A stretch of 64,000 nucleotides of DNA from Vicugna vicugna (taxonomy: Eukaryota), in the NCBI GenBank assembly GCA_013265495.1, contig MU058418.1, forward strand, positions 2,627,491-2,691,490, written 5' to 3'. How positions within the stretch are numbered: position 1 is the stretch's first letter; every line of letters starts with the position of its first letter. Shown here in pieces: positions 26,560 to 39,560 of the stretch. The position numbers were made by a program, and so were the translations under genes. The notes under the pieces are model-generated. The model ran no database searches, was not told the DNA's origin, and saw only the letters and a list, made by a program, of their open reading frames with translations.

Positions 26560-28062
26560 TTCTTTTCCAACCACAATACTATGAGACTAGAAATCAACTA
26601 CAAGAAAAAAACTACAGAAACACAAACACATGGAGGCTAAATAATATGCTACCAAATAATTAAGGAGTCACTAAACAAATTAAAGAGGAAATCAAAAAAT
26701 ACGTGAAGAAAATGAAAATGAAAACACAATGATCCAAAATCTATGGGACACAGCAACAGAAGTTCTAAGAGGGAAGTTTATAGTGATACAAGCTTTCCTC
26801 AGGAAACAAGAAAATCTCAAATAAACAACCTAACCTTACATCTAAAACAACTAGAGAAAGAAGAACAAACAAAACCCAAAGTTAGTAGAAAAAAAGAAGT
26901 CATAAAGATCAGAGAAGCAATACATGAAATAGAGACTAAAAGAACAATAGAAAAGATCAATGAAACTAAGAGATATTTCTTTGAAAAGATAAAATTGATA
27001 AATTTTTAGCCAGGCTTATCAAGAAAAAAAAGAAAGGGGGACCAAATAAATAAAATCAGAAATGAGATAGAAGAAGTTAACTAGCACCATTGGAATACAA
27101 TGGATCATAAGAAATCACTACAAGCAGTTACATGCCAACAAATTGTATAACCTAGAAGTTGCTAAATTGCTAGAAACATACAACCTCCTAAGACTTAAAA
27201 AGGGAGAAATAGCTATCTGAACAGGTTGATTACTAGCAGAAATTGAATCAGTAATCAAAAACTCCCAACAACAAAAGTCCTGGGCTAGATAGCTTCACAG
27301 GTGAATTCTACCAAATACATAAAGAAAAGTTAATACCTATCCTCCTCAAACTATTCCAAAAAAAACTGAAGAAGAAGCACTTTCAAATTCATTCTATGAG
27401 ACCAGGATCACCCTGATCCCAAAACCAGACAAAGACACTATTAAAAAATTAAATTACAGACCAATATCCCTGATGAACATAGATGCAAAAATCCTCAACA
27501 AAATACTAGCAAACCAAATTTAACAATACATTAAAAGAATCATACAGCATGATCTAGAGAGATTTATCCCAGGGGTGTAAGGATGATTCAGTATTTGTAG
27601 ACTAGTCAATGTGATACACCACATTAGCAAGACAAAAGATAAAAAATCATATGATTATTTCAATGATGCAAAAAAGCATTTGACAAAATCCAACATCCAT
27701 TCATTATAAAAACTCTCAAAAGTGGGTGTAGAGGGAACATACCTTACAATAATAAACCCATAGCTAACATCATTTTCAGCAATGAAAAGCTGAAAGTATT
27801 TTCTCTGAGATCAGAACAAGACAAAAATGCCTACTATCACCACTTTTACTCAGCATAGTATTGGAAGTCCTAGCCTCAGCCATCAGACAAGAAAAGGAGA
27901 TAAAAGACATTCAAGTTGGAAAGAAAAAGTAAAACAGTCACTATTTGAGATGGCATGATACAATATATAGAAAACCCTGATGACTCCATCAAAAAACTAT
28001 TAGAACGTATAAGTGAATTCAGTAAAGCTGTAGAATACAAAACCAATATACAGAAATCACTG
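26560..28062 (+). mobile_element. Internal L1 ORF2 fragment (end of endonuclease to mid reverse transcriptase)
   Basis: Includes KSQINNLTLHLKQLEKEEQTKPKVSR (track ORF 26743..27009), aattacagaccaatatccctgatgaacatagatgcaaaaatcctc ([15 protein letters not shown]) and a degraded FADD region near 27945. No 3' UTR or poly-A. Confidence 0.9.
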
Positions 28063-28989
28063 ACAGCATTTGGAACAGGCTTTGAAAGATAACTTGTTCA
28101 GATACAGAGAAGATATTAGTGATAAAAGAAATTGTGACTGAAGCTACATGAGGTGAGAAAGTTGGAAGTCAAACTGTCTAGTTAGGTTAGAGTGTAGAAT
28201 ATCTGTGGGAAAGTGGTGGAAGATAAAGAGGTTGGAAACTGAACTGAGAACTTGCACATCAGATGAGATGTTTATACTTCACACAGTAAGTAGCACGGCA
28301 AAGGAGCAATAAAGACAAGGGTGGATAATAGCACCTCCTTTCATTTAGTCAGAAAATTTAGTTATTCAGAATATTCTTGAGCACTTAGGTCAGTCAACAG
28401 TTGGTGCTCTACTTGATATGTCTACAAAAAGGAGTCAAAATTATCTAACAGAGGGTTTCAGAGAGAGAAAGGTCAACCTAAAGGAAATTCAATGTTATAA
28501 GGCAAATGTAGGGGCAAGTATTAAACTTATTGCTATATAAAATACCTTCAGAGACATCAGTACTCACCATCCAAATGATTCCTTAACAGCGTACTCAATA
28601 AGCCTGTGGGGCTTATGCCCAAAAGAGAGACAGGGTAAAGAATTACAAGATTTCTATCAATATCATGAAGCAGGTGAACTATTTGAAATGCACAGCAATT
28701 ATATTTATGGCTGTCACTGCAGAAAGGTCGACTTCAAGGACGTTAAAAGGATATCTGGACCTCAGATTCACACTGCTGCTATTCTAAACACTTCCAAAAT
28801 CCAATCCAGAACAGTAACCCTCTAACATTTTCTGGAGTAAATGGTTGATCTGTTAAAAATTCCCTACTATCACCAGAGAAAGCACAAGAGAAAATACACC
28901 AGATGGTCTATACCGTAATACTCCATTCCAAGTATTTAAATATTGGCTTAAAATAACTCAAATCAATTCAACCCAGGAACTATTTAATA

Positions 28990-29215
28990 AACAGCTCCCA
29001 TCTGGGAGCAACCACCCAGGCACTATATGCTAGATTCTTTACAGACCTTTTATCTTTAATCCCAACAATCTCACACAAAAGGTATTATTATCCCTATTTT
29101 ACAAAGAAATAAAACATGTCATAAGGGCTTAATTCACCTGTGCTTTCACACAACTAACAGGAAAGACAGCTGGCATTAGGGTCTTTTTAGCTGAGAGTCA
29201 GTAACCCTTTCACCA
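28990..29215 (+). mobile_element. MIR relic
   Basis: ccaggcactatatgctag...aggtattattatccctattttaca. Confidence 0.6.
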
Positions 29216-30325
29216 GGCAACATGGTCCAATACTTCCCACCTGCCCCAAAAACAGCATTAGGAAAATGTCACCAATATTGTTTTCCTATGCCAATCCCAT
29301 GATCAGAGCAACTGTGAGAAACACTCAGGACTCATTTCAGACAGATAACTGGATCTCTCTAGCTCATCAGAATAATAATGCCATAGCAAACAGCAAAACC
29401 AATCAAAGTTTCTAAGGAAAGAGCCATGCCAAATATTTTTTTGTGGCCAGCCTCTTTCTTTGCTTCAATTGCTAGCAAAATTTTAAGTTGGACAAAATAA
29501 TAACCATGCTGTTCATTGGTTTGAGGCTCAGATGAAAACATTCCTTTTAAAAAACCAGGAACAAGAAGTTTAAATCTTTAAATATAATGCCTATGTATCT
29601 TAAATATCTGAAATTCCCTTTCAAAATCTCAAGAATGAAAATTCAACTTAAAATATCTGTAAATAGCATGGAATTGAGTAAAATGTTACTGAGATGAGAA
29701 GATAAGAGAGGGGCCCCTTTGCTATCTTTGCAGACCAAATTCTTTAGGGAGTAGAGTAGTTTTCTAAGAATAGGAAGAACATTTCTCCCTGACTACCCCA
29801 CATATGACTCCCGAACATCACTACACTTTCATCTTACATCCACAGGCAGCTTTCTTTCTCCTCCTCCAAAGAAAAGCCAGGGACATATCTGGTGGAAACA
29901 TGTCAACATCTCTGAATATTATACACTGTACAGAATAAGGAAAAGGACACTACTGGGAAAATGTTTTCTGTAATCTCACCAAAGACTAATAGAGGCAACC
30001 AAGGAAAAGCTAGCAATCTATTAACAAGTGCTCTCACTGCCCTCCATTACCATTCCTGTAGAGGGGAAGGCACTGAATGGCAGGAAGGAAACAAAGAAAA
30101 AGGGCCTAATCACCAAAGGTCTGGATGGTCTACTCACCCAGCCACCAAACACATTTCGAGTCTCCACTATGGACTAGGCATCAGGAACACAAAAATAAAT
30201 GGCACTTTAGATTGGCTTTCTCTGTTAAAACTCCCCACAGCACATCACACGTCTTCTCTGTAGCACTCGTCACAGGATCACATTTCTTTTTTAGATATGT
30301 GTTAAATCTTAAGAGACTTGTTTAT

Positions 30326-30952
30326 GGAAATGTAAAATGGTGCAGCCACTATGAAAAACTGTATGGCAGTTTCTCAAAAAAGTTAAAAATAGAATTATCA
30401 TAGGATCAAGCAATTCCATTTCTGGGTATACTTCCAAAAGAACTGAAAGCAGGGTCTTGAAAAGATATCTGTATACCCATTGTGAGCAGTACTCACAATA
30501 GGCAAGAGGTGAAGCAACCCAACCATCCACTAACAGACAAATGGATAAACATAACTGTAGTGTACACATACAAGGGAATATTATTCACTTAAAAAGGAAG
30601 GACATCCTGTCACATGCTACAACATGGATGAGCCTTAAGGGCATTAATGCTAAGTGAAATAAGTCAGTCACAAAAAGACAAATACTGTGTGATTCCATTT
30701 ATATGAGGCACCTACAGCTGTGAAATTCATTGAAACAGAAAGTGGAATGGTGGTTGCCAAGGGCTGGGGAAGGGGAAAATTGGTGTTCAATGAATATAGA
30801 GTTTCAGTTTTGCAAGATGAAAATGTTCTAGATATTGGATGCACAACAATGTGAATATACTTAGTATTACCGAACTATATACTTTAAAACAGTTAAGATA
30901 GTAAATTTTCTGTTATGTGTATTTCACCACAATTTTTTAAAATTTAATTAAA
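30326..30952 (+). mobile_element. L1MA/MB-like 3' end with TSD
   Basis: aatgtaaaatggtgcagccact...tttcagttttgcaagatgaaaa...A-rich tail. Flanked by aagagacttgtttat (30311) and aagagatttatttat (30953). Confidence 0.85.
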
Positions 30953-33900
30953 AAGAGATTTATTTATCCCTGTATCTTTATTATTTAAGCACAGATCCTT
31001 GCATAGAAAAGATGCTTAATAAATGTTTATTGGGCAGATAGATGGATGGAGGGATGGATAAATGGATGGATGGACTGGACAGTGTGAATGTGAACAATAT
31101 GTAACATACAAACCAATAATTACTAGGCCATGTGAACACTGAGAAATGGGCCCTGGGAAGAAGAAGTAAAGAGTTCTTGTTATGCTTGGTTTTGACAGAA
31201 TATTTTTCATATAGAATTACTTTGTTTTACCCACCAACACCACAAAAAAAATTTATATAGGTTTAGTTCTACCTAGTTGAATAATTCTTATTTTTTCTCT
31301 TATTTCTCCTCACTACAGTACAATCTGTCTTCTGACCTAGATGATATTAAAACAGAAAAATCTATTTTCTGTCACTTTTGCTTTTTCCAGCACCTCTCTT
31401 AATCCAAAAGGGTAATGAGAAATAAAGCTTACACTCAATACTGCAGAAGACGAAAGCGGGTGATAAGTTGCTTGCCCATAGGTTATTAATCAGATGTCCT
31501 CTGGGGCGTAGTGTTATGAAGCTGTGTCGTGTAATAAACAGCAAGCAAAAAGAATCATCTCCATTTTCTGACTCTGAAGTGCCTGCAATATGCTATAAAA
31601 CTGAATTGACATCTGTTAGCAGGCTTGTCACATGAATGGTTTTTCCTGCAGAATCTGGAATAAATTAAATCTTAAAATAAAACTTGGAACAGAGAGTCTG
31701 CTTTACATAATTCCTTCTAATGGTGTGCTGTGAACCCATCGCACTGATTTTAAAGAGAAGTTCTTATAAGAAATGGTTCGTTATCATTTTAATTGGAAAA
31801 CTGTTGAATACCACTCCATGCTAGGAAATTTGTGTTTTAAAAGGTCCTTATGTTTTTAACTAAAAAGTGGCAAATGAGAACTTCCTTTCCTAATATTTTC
31901 ACTGGCTGGAAAATAAATCAGGTTTTATCTCCAAATGAAACTCTGACCACCTTTCTCCAAGCGCCTGGAGCCTGTTTCTTGGTTGTTTTTTTACACATGG
32001 ACACCTCAGAGGCTGGTGCGGCTGAGCTCCCAGGCAGAAATGGCCGGCCCCGGTGTGACCTCACAGATTTGTTCAGGAATCACTTCCTGAGGATTCACCA
32101 GTATGATAGCGAGTTCTTGAGGCTCTTACCGTCAAAAGGCATTAAGCATTTTTTAGCACACATAAAGGAACTTGCAGAGATGCATGACTCGGCAAGTCTG
32201 AGCTGCGTGGCACTGAACATAACATCCCTACCAACCCACAGTCTCCTTTAGGAAAGGAAGTCACACAAAAGGTAACCCTTAGGGGCACCTGGAACTTGGA
32301 GCCCCTCTCTACTTCCTCAGGATTCACTTGGCTCTCATTCCCAAAACTTTGTCCAAATGGCAAGATTCTCAGACAAATACGCCCACCCCTGGTACACAGC
32401 AATGAATAAAAACAAATGCCAGCTCCCTGGAGGATAATTTCCTCTATATGTGAAAGCTTCCTCTTTGGTAATAATACTGTGCCCTTTTGAAAACCTCAAA
32501 GGAGCAAGAGTCAGTCACAGTGCTCTATAAAATAAAGTCACAATTCTGGTCCCATGAAAACACTTTATTCATCTCCCTCACCAACATGAGTTTACCAGCC
32601 TGCACAAACTTCTCAAATGGCAGGTGTTTGTATCACTCACTTTACAATAGGGAAAACAGAGGCACAGAGAACATAGAGACTGTGTGGGGAGCCAGGAAGT
32701 GAAGCTGCAGAAGCTGACAGCCAAACTCTGGACCCCCTTCCTGTTTAAAGGGCTTTATGCACAGCAGGGGGTGAGGGATTTGTAAATGGAGGTCTGAGGC
32801 ACTTAAGTCCTCTTTATCCTCTGAGGCTTCTCTGAGGGAGATCTTCACATCAGCTCGGGTAGAGTGGGCTGGGGTTGGTTAAAAATGCAGGTTCCTGGGC
32901 TCCATGTCAGACCAGCTAAATCAGAATCTCTGAGATTGGTCCTGGGTTTGACATTTGAATTAAGCTCCCTAGGTGACTGGATTCTTTGACTGTGGCGTGT
33001 TGCTGTTATTTTTGGTTTGTTTTCCAGTGTTCTGAATTCTAACACTGAGATTTGAGAGGCCCTTAGTTGTACAGGTGGGAGTGAGTCTCCACAGATTCTA
33101 GAGCACAGTTCACACACACCGCCTTGCCAGTCATTGCTTTTGGCCAAGGAAAACTGAGAAAACATCAAAGCAAACAAAAACTGCAGCTCAGTCCTGCAAT
33201 CCAGCTCAAAACTGCAACACTGAGTGAAAATCTCACTACACTGAGCCTGAAAAATTGAAAAATCCAAACGCACTGGTTTGAAAATCACTAAGAGGAGCTA
33301 AGACATTTTATTTCACAACAAATCTTACCATTATAGATGAATGAATAGAGTAAAAAGCCAAAACTCATTTCCTAAATGTTGAGTGTGCAAGTTCTCAACT
33401 CACATTCTCAAGATGGCTTGTCCTTAGGGTCCACTGCAGATTGATGGGAACAGAAAGATGTCTCTGCATTTCAAATTGCAATTCCGTACCATGAGTGACT
33501 CATTACTCCTAAATTGCCACTGGCTTATTTCACAGAAACACAGCACCATCATGATTAAATAGTAATCCTGAGAGATGAAGTTGCTTTCAAATACACAGAA
33601 AGATACACACCTCTCTTTGAAAAAGGAATATAAACAAGTATATAGAGAAGATTCTAGTGGGCCCTAAAAAAATCACCTAGACTTCTACCTTTATCACAGC
33701 ATATCTTGTTTCCATGCAGTTTTCCACCTGAATGTCCTTCTGAAATATCAATGACTAAGGCCTCTGGATACTCAGGCTGCTGCTGATTAATTCCACGGTA
33801 GGTTGTAGGAAAAGGTAACATATTCAAACTTTGATATCCTGCACATTTTATTTAGGAAGGTACTGGGGAGAAAGTCAGGTGGAAAAGTATATATTTCCTG

Positions 33901-34374
33901 TACACCTCACTAGGTAGTCGGGATGAGCCTCCATACAATAAAGGGTCTCTGGTTTGAGTCAGATACAGTTTAGTTGGGAACATACATGTGAGAAGCAGGG
34001 GTCCAGCTGGAGGGTAAAAATGTTAGTCATCCAGGACTCAGGCATCTCTGGGCTTTGCATTGGTGTGGCAGATGACCAGGGGACATTTTTATAAAGGAGC
34101 TTTCCTCTTGAGAAAAAATTTATCCCAGAAAAACTACAAGTCTAGTACAGAAATCTGGTGCAATAGGCTGGCACAGAAATGGAAAAATGCCCGGGAGCAC
34201 AGCAGAACATCTGTGCCTCACTCCACCCTTGGTAAGGATTCAGGCTAGAAGGCGACGACAACAGGAGAGCACAAAGCATCCCAGTGCTGGGCCTCTGGGG
34301 GGGCACCACTTAGGTTCAAGACCCAGCGTTGACAATTACTATTAATAGCCTCTGCTCCTGTGTTTCTCAGACTG

Positions 34375-34552
34375 TAGGTCAGACCTTACTACTCAATGTA
34401 TGCTCCCCAACCAGCAGCATCAGCATTGCCTGGGAGCTTGCTAGAAATGCAGTCTCAGGCACCATCTTGAACCTCCTAAATCAACATCTACATTTTAATT
34501 AGATTCCTTGGGTGGTTCACATACACATTAAATATGAGCAGTGTTGGTATAG
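34375..34552. mobile_element. MER5A-like DNA transposon
   Basis: ccagcagcatcagcattgcctgggagcttgctagaaatgcagtctcagg. Confidence 0.7.
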
Positions 34553-35493
34553 AATATGATTGGGGTCAATGTATAAGCATCTCAAAATCTTTCATTTATT
34601 AAGGTATTTTTAATATATACTGGAAAACATAACGAGGACAGTTGACTCATGGGTCCATGGATATTATTTCTCCAGATAATTCTAAGGAAGAAAAGTGAAT
34701 CAATTTAAAGCTGACTTAAAGAAGTGTGAAGGTAAGACGCACACCATCCCCTTGTACCAAGTACAAAGTGAAAAACAAAATAAGGGTTGGGAGGGTGGAC
34801 AACAAGGTCAAAGCTGGGCTCAAAAACAAGATGAACACCTCCGTGCACCAGAACACAGAGCAGTGAGCAGTACTGAAGCCAGGACATGCGGAGTGCCCGT
34901 CCTAAAGCAGGTAGCAGTGGCCCTGGGGGTAAATCTCCTACAGGGAATAGGAACTGAAAGTGCTCCCATGAGAGAGCAGCCAAGCCACATTCACTGATTA
35001 AGGCCAAGGACTGGAGAGGAGTTCCCTGGATCCAGAAAGAAGCCCAAAATAAACTTCTGAAAACCCCTGACTGGTGCTGTGGCTTAAAACCAGCCATTGG
35101 CCTAGGGAGATGAGAGAAGAGAAACTCATCCTCGCAAACAGGAAATGAGCCAGACCCCAGATGGTTCAGTAACTGAATAATCCCAGAATAAGCCCCCAAA
35201 TGCTCATTTAAGACCAGACCCTGAATGCTACTATAAAATCACTAGGCAGAGAAGGATGGAACCAAAAAGGAAAGAAAAAAGCAAACCCAAACCAAAAACC
35301 TTCCACTGAAAATGAGCCAACAAATGAAATTCCAAAATATACACAGAAATCAAATGATGAGAAACAGCCAACCAAAGCAATAACTGGAACATTACTTCAT
35401 TCCAAGATTAATTTTGTTAAACAGTCTGACAAAAGTTTAAAATAAGTAACATTTAGGATGCTCAGAGCAACCAATAAGAATAATACCTACTTT

Positions 35494-35615
35494 GGGGGGG
35501 AGGGTATAGCTCAAGTGGTAGAGCACATGCTTAGCATGTACAAGGTCCTGGGTTCAATCCCCAGTACCTCCTCCAAAAATAAATAAATAAATAAACCTAA
35601 TTACCACCCCCAAAA
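35494..35615 (+). mobile_element. tRNA-Ala(AGC)-derived SINE (camelid Vic-1-like)
   Basis: Head ggggagggtatagctcaagtggtagagcacatgcttagcatg...gggttcaatccccagtacctcc with A and B boxes, then a (TAAA)n-cctaattacc tail. Imperfect TSD aagaataatacctacttt / aagaaaagtatctacttt. Confidence 0.92.
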
Positions 35616-35639
35616 AAGAAAAGTATCTACTTTCACAAA

Positions 35640-38600
35640 GATGGAAGCAGTGGCAATACACTTTGAAATAAAAACATGCAGAACTAAAAAAGAACAGATG
35701 GACAGGAAAAATATCAATTAAAAAGCTTGGAAGTGAAATATACAACAATTTTAATTTTTAAAAATATCAATGAATAGTATAAACTCTAGGTGGGACATAG
35801 TTAAAAAGAATAAAGAATTGGAAGCTAGTACTGAAGAACTCACCCAAAAGTAGGACAGCAATAAACTTTTAAAAATATGATAAAGCAATTGACAGATAAG
35901 GAGAACAGACTGAGAGATTCCAAAATACATCTCAAAGAAACTCCAGAAGTAAAGAATGAAGGAAATAGAGGGGAAGCATTGAAAATATTTTAAAATATTC
36001 ACAAGGTTCAAAACTCAAAAGATACAGAAAATAGAGTCCCTTCCTCAGCCATCCTGTTCTTCTCCTTGAAGTCAACCAGTATCACCAGTTTCTTCTGTAT
36101 ATTTTCAGAGAAATTCTATACATATAAAATCAAGTATGTGAATGTTAAAAATCTATATTCTTCTGCAATTTGCCTTTATAGGGGTATAATTTATATACAA
36201 CAAAATTCACACATTTTAAGTATTTTGGATATATATGTACACATGTATGTAACCTCTAACACCGCAAAATGTTTCATTTCAGTAAATCTCCTACTCTGTT
36301 CCACCACTACATGCTTCAAGCAACCACTGATGTGATTTTTTTCTGTTCCACCACTACATGCTTCAGGCAACCACTGATGTGATTTTTATCACTACAGAAA
36401 TAGATTTGCTTCTTCACATAAGGAGAGAATCATACAATATATTATATTTTGTGTCTGATTTCCTTCATTCAATTTGAAGTCTTCATGTGGATAGGATTGT
36501 ATATAGTACATTGTATATGGTATATTCATACCATAACTTCTTTAGCCATTCACCTGTTGATGGACATTGTTGTTGTTTTCAGTTGGAGCTATAATGAATA
36601 AAGCTGTTATGAACATTCAAGTACAAGTCTGTATGTAGACATATGTTTTCAACTTTCTTGGGTAAAAACCTAAGAGTGGATTTGCTGGGTCAATTCGTAA
36701 ATGTAAGAACTGAATAAGAAATTGCCAAACTCTTTTCCAAAGAAGTTGGCTTTCCACCAGAAGTGTTTGAGAGTTCCAGTTACTCCACATCCTCACCATT
36801 GCTTAGTAATTATCAATCTTTTTAATTTTAGCCATTTTGGTGTTTGTGAAGTGGTACTGCATTGTGGCTCTGACTTTTATTTCCCTATTGACTAACAAAA
36901 CTGAGTATCTTTTCACGTGTGCTTTGCCATCTGTTATATTCTCTTTGGTGAAATGTTTGTTTAAATCTTTTGCCTGTTTTTTTTTTCAGTTGACTTATCT
37001 GTCTCATTATCAGTTGTAAGAGTTCTTTATATATTCTGAATACAAGTCAAATAATTTGTTTAAACACTTCTAAAATGGTGAATATGTAGATTATTTCCTA
37101 TCCTTTACAATTACAAACAATAAGGCAAAAAATAACTTTGTTCATATATTAGTTCACGTATAAGGGAGTATGACTGTATGGTAAATTCATAGAAGTAGAA
37201 TTGATGGATCAAAGGATATTTGCATTTGCAATGTAATAGATATTGCCAAACAGCCTTGCATAAAGATTGTATCAATTTACATTCATACCACTTTTTGTCT
37301 TTGATAATCTGATGGGTGAAAATATTGTATCTAAGTGTAGTTTCATTTGCATTTCTCATACTATTAGCAAGTTTGAATACTTATTCATATGAACCATTTG
37401 TATTTCTTTTTTTGTGAACTGTTCTCTCAGCCTTTATTCAATTTTCTTTTTTTTTTTTAATTTTGTTTGCTTGTTTTGTGTGTTTTGCGGGGTAATTAGG
37501 TTTGTTTGTTTGTTTGTTTTAGTGAAGGCAATGGGGATTGAACCCAGGACCTCATGCATGTTAAGCACACATTCTATTACTGAGCTATACCCTTCCCTCT
37601 TATCCAATTTTCTATTAAGTTGCTAATGTTTTCCTTATTGATTTGTCAAAGCTCTTATGTACCAGTGAAATTAGCTCTCTGCTTATGCAATGAGTTGTAA
37701 ATATTTTTTCAGTTTATGATTTGCCTTTTAATTTTGCTTTTGGCATTTTTACCATGCAGAGATTTTATATTTGTACATAATCAAATTAATCATTCCTTCT
37801 TTTATGACATCCTTACTCCAGGATTTTTATCTAAGTGATTCTAAGTGAAGTTAAGTCAGAAAGAGAAAGAAAAATACCATATAGTATCACTTACATTTGG
37901 AATCTTAAAAAAAAGGACAGAAATGAACTTACCTACAAAACAGAAACAGACTCACAGACATAGAGAACAAACAGTTTCTAGGGGGTAAAGAAGGTGAGAC
38001 GGGATAAATTGGGAATTCAAAATTTGCAACTTTTGGGGAGTGATGGGAATGTTAGCTATCTTGATTGTGGTGGTGGTTTCACTGGTGTATACATCTAACA
38101 AAATTCATCAAATTATACATCTGAAATATGTGTAGTTTACTATACAGAAATCATACCACAATAAAGGTGTTAAAAAATTCTCTATAGTTTTTCCCAGTAT
38201 TTTTATAATATCAGTTTTTAAAATATTTTTAAATGTTTATTATTTGATTGGTTTGAGTTTCTTGGTAGAAGGCATAAAATGTGGATTATTATTAATTTTT
38301 TTACAAATGCCAACCAGTTGTCCACATAACTTTTGATGAAATATCCATCTTTTCACACTAATTTAAGATGACACCTTTATTATACATCAAATCTGCATGT
38401 ATTTGGATCTACTTTTGGATTTTCATTCTGTCCATTAATCTGTTTATCTATTAATGCAAATGTATCATTTTCTTTAATTATTATAGATTTACAAGGATTT
38501 TACTTTTATAAGAATTTTAATATCTCATAGAGCTAGTCAACATCCTTTATTACTTTTCTTTGCCAGAATTTGATTTGATATTTTTGCTTGTTTATTCAAT

Positions 38601-39560
38601 ATGAACTCTAATCTCATTCTACCAAAAAAAAAATCCTACTGGCAGTTTTATTGGGATCATGTTAAATGAATAGGTTAACATAAGAAAGATTAAAAATTTT
38701 AAGTCTGTCTATATAAGAACACGCTATGCTTTTGAATTTGTTCCAGACTTCTTTTAAATTCTTGAATAAAGTTTCCTTCTTATAGATTTTGCAGATATCT
38801 TAAGTTTATTTTTCTTTTTTTGTTGCTCTTATAATTGATGTCTTCTCTTCCTTTAAATATTCTAACCAGTTATTCACAAAAGCGTAGGTTTTTACTTTTT
38901 GTATACTGCACTCAGCTCATTAAATTCTCGTGTTGTTTGATAGTTTTTCATTAGATTCTCTTGAGTTTTCCAGTACAGAATCATATTATCTACCAATAAT
39001 AGTGCTCCAATAATAATAATAAATAATACATATCCATATAATAATAAAATTTTTACCCCATTCCTAAATTTTACACCTAAAATTCTTTCTCTTTTCTAAT
39101 TGTACTAGCCATTATCTTAGGAACTGTGTTAAATAACAATGGTGATTACACATTGTACAATTTCATTTATATAACATTCTTGAAATGACAAAATTATAGA
39201 AGTGGAAAACAGATAAGTGGTTATCAGGGTTTAGGGAAAGAGGTGGGACGAAGGAAGGTGGGCGTGGCTATAAAAAGGTAACATGATCCCTATGATGCTA
39301 GAAATGCTCTACATCTGCACTGTATTATTGTCAATTTCCTGGTTGTGATTTCATACTATAGGTGTGCTATTGGGTACACTGAATCTCTGTGTTCTCTCTT
39401 ACAACTGCATGTAAATCTATAATTATCTCAAAATAAGAAGTTTATTTTTAAAAAAAACTCTAATCCAGCTTTTTAAAATGATAAGAACAGGCATCCATAT
39501 TTTTCTCTGACCTTATTAAAGGTATTTCTATTGTTTTCATATTAATCATAATGCCAAAGA
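35640..39560. mobile_element. Mosaic of old L1M (L1MC/MD/ME-like) fragments in both orientations
   Basis: ORF2 3' relics on the minus strand (track ORFs 36617..36799 and 37111..37359). Plus-strand L1 3' ends at about 37840-38177 and 39150-39455. Confidence 0.7.
37448..37599 (-). mobile_element. tRNA-Ala-derived SINE (Vic-1-like)
   Basis: ggtaattaggtttgttt...ggggattgaacccaggacctcatgcatgttaagc...tgagctataccc. TSD ttattcaattttct / ttatccaattttct. Confidence 0.9.

Noticed and set aside
24868..26597. Cluster of 77-177 aa ORFs
   Set aside because: All lie in the L1 5' UTR or ORF1 start region and none resembles a host gene.
21190..28062. A single twin-primed (5'-inverted) L1
   Set aside because: The minus element has its own TSD pair and 5' end. 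The plus fragment duplicates ORF2 sequence already present in it, so these are separate insertions.
1001..30000. CDC40 or WASF1 exons expected from human synteny
   Set aside because: I recognised no CDC40 N-terminus (recalled MSAAIAALAASY...) or WD40 exons. I cannot assign the left promoter to WASF1.
31850..32251. 133-aa plus-strand ORF in a CpG-retaining region
   Set aside because: No recognisable homology, promoter or splice structure. A regulatory explanation or chance is more likely.
35494..35575. tRNA-Ala(AGC) gene
   Set aside because: It has a SINE tail, a TSD and three diverged siblings in the window, so it is a tRNA-derived SINE.
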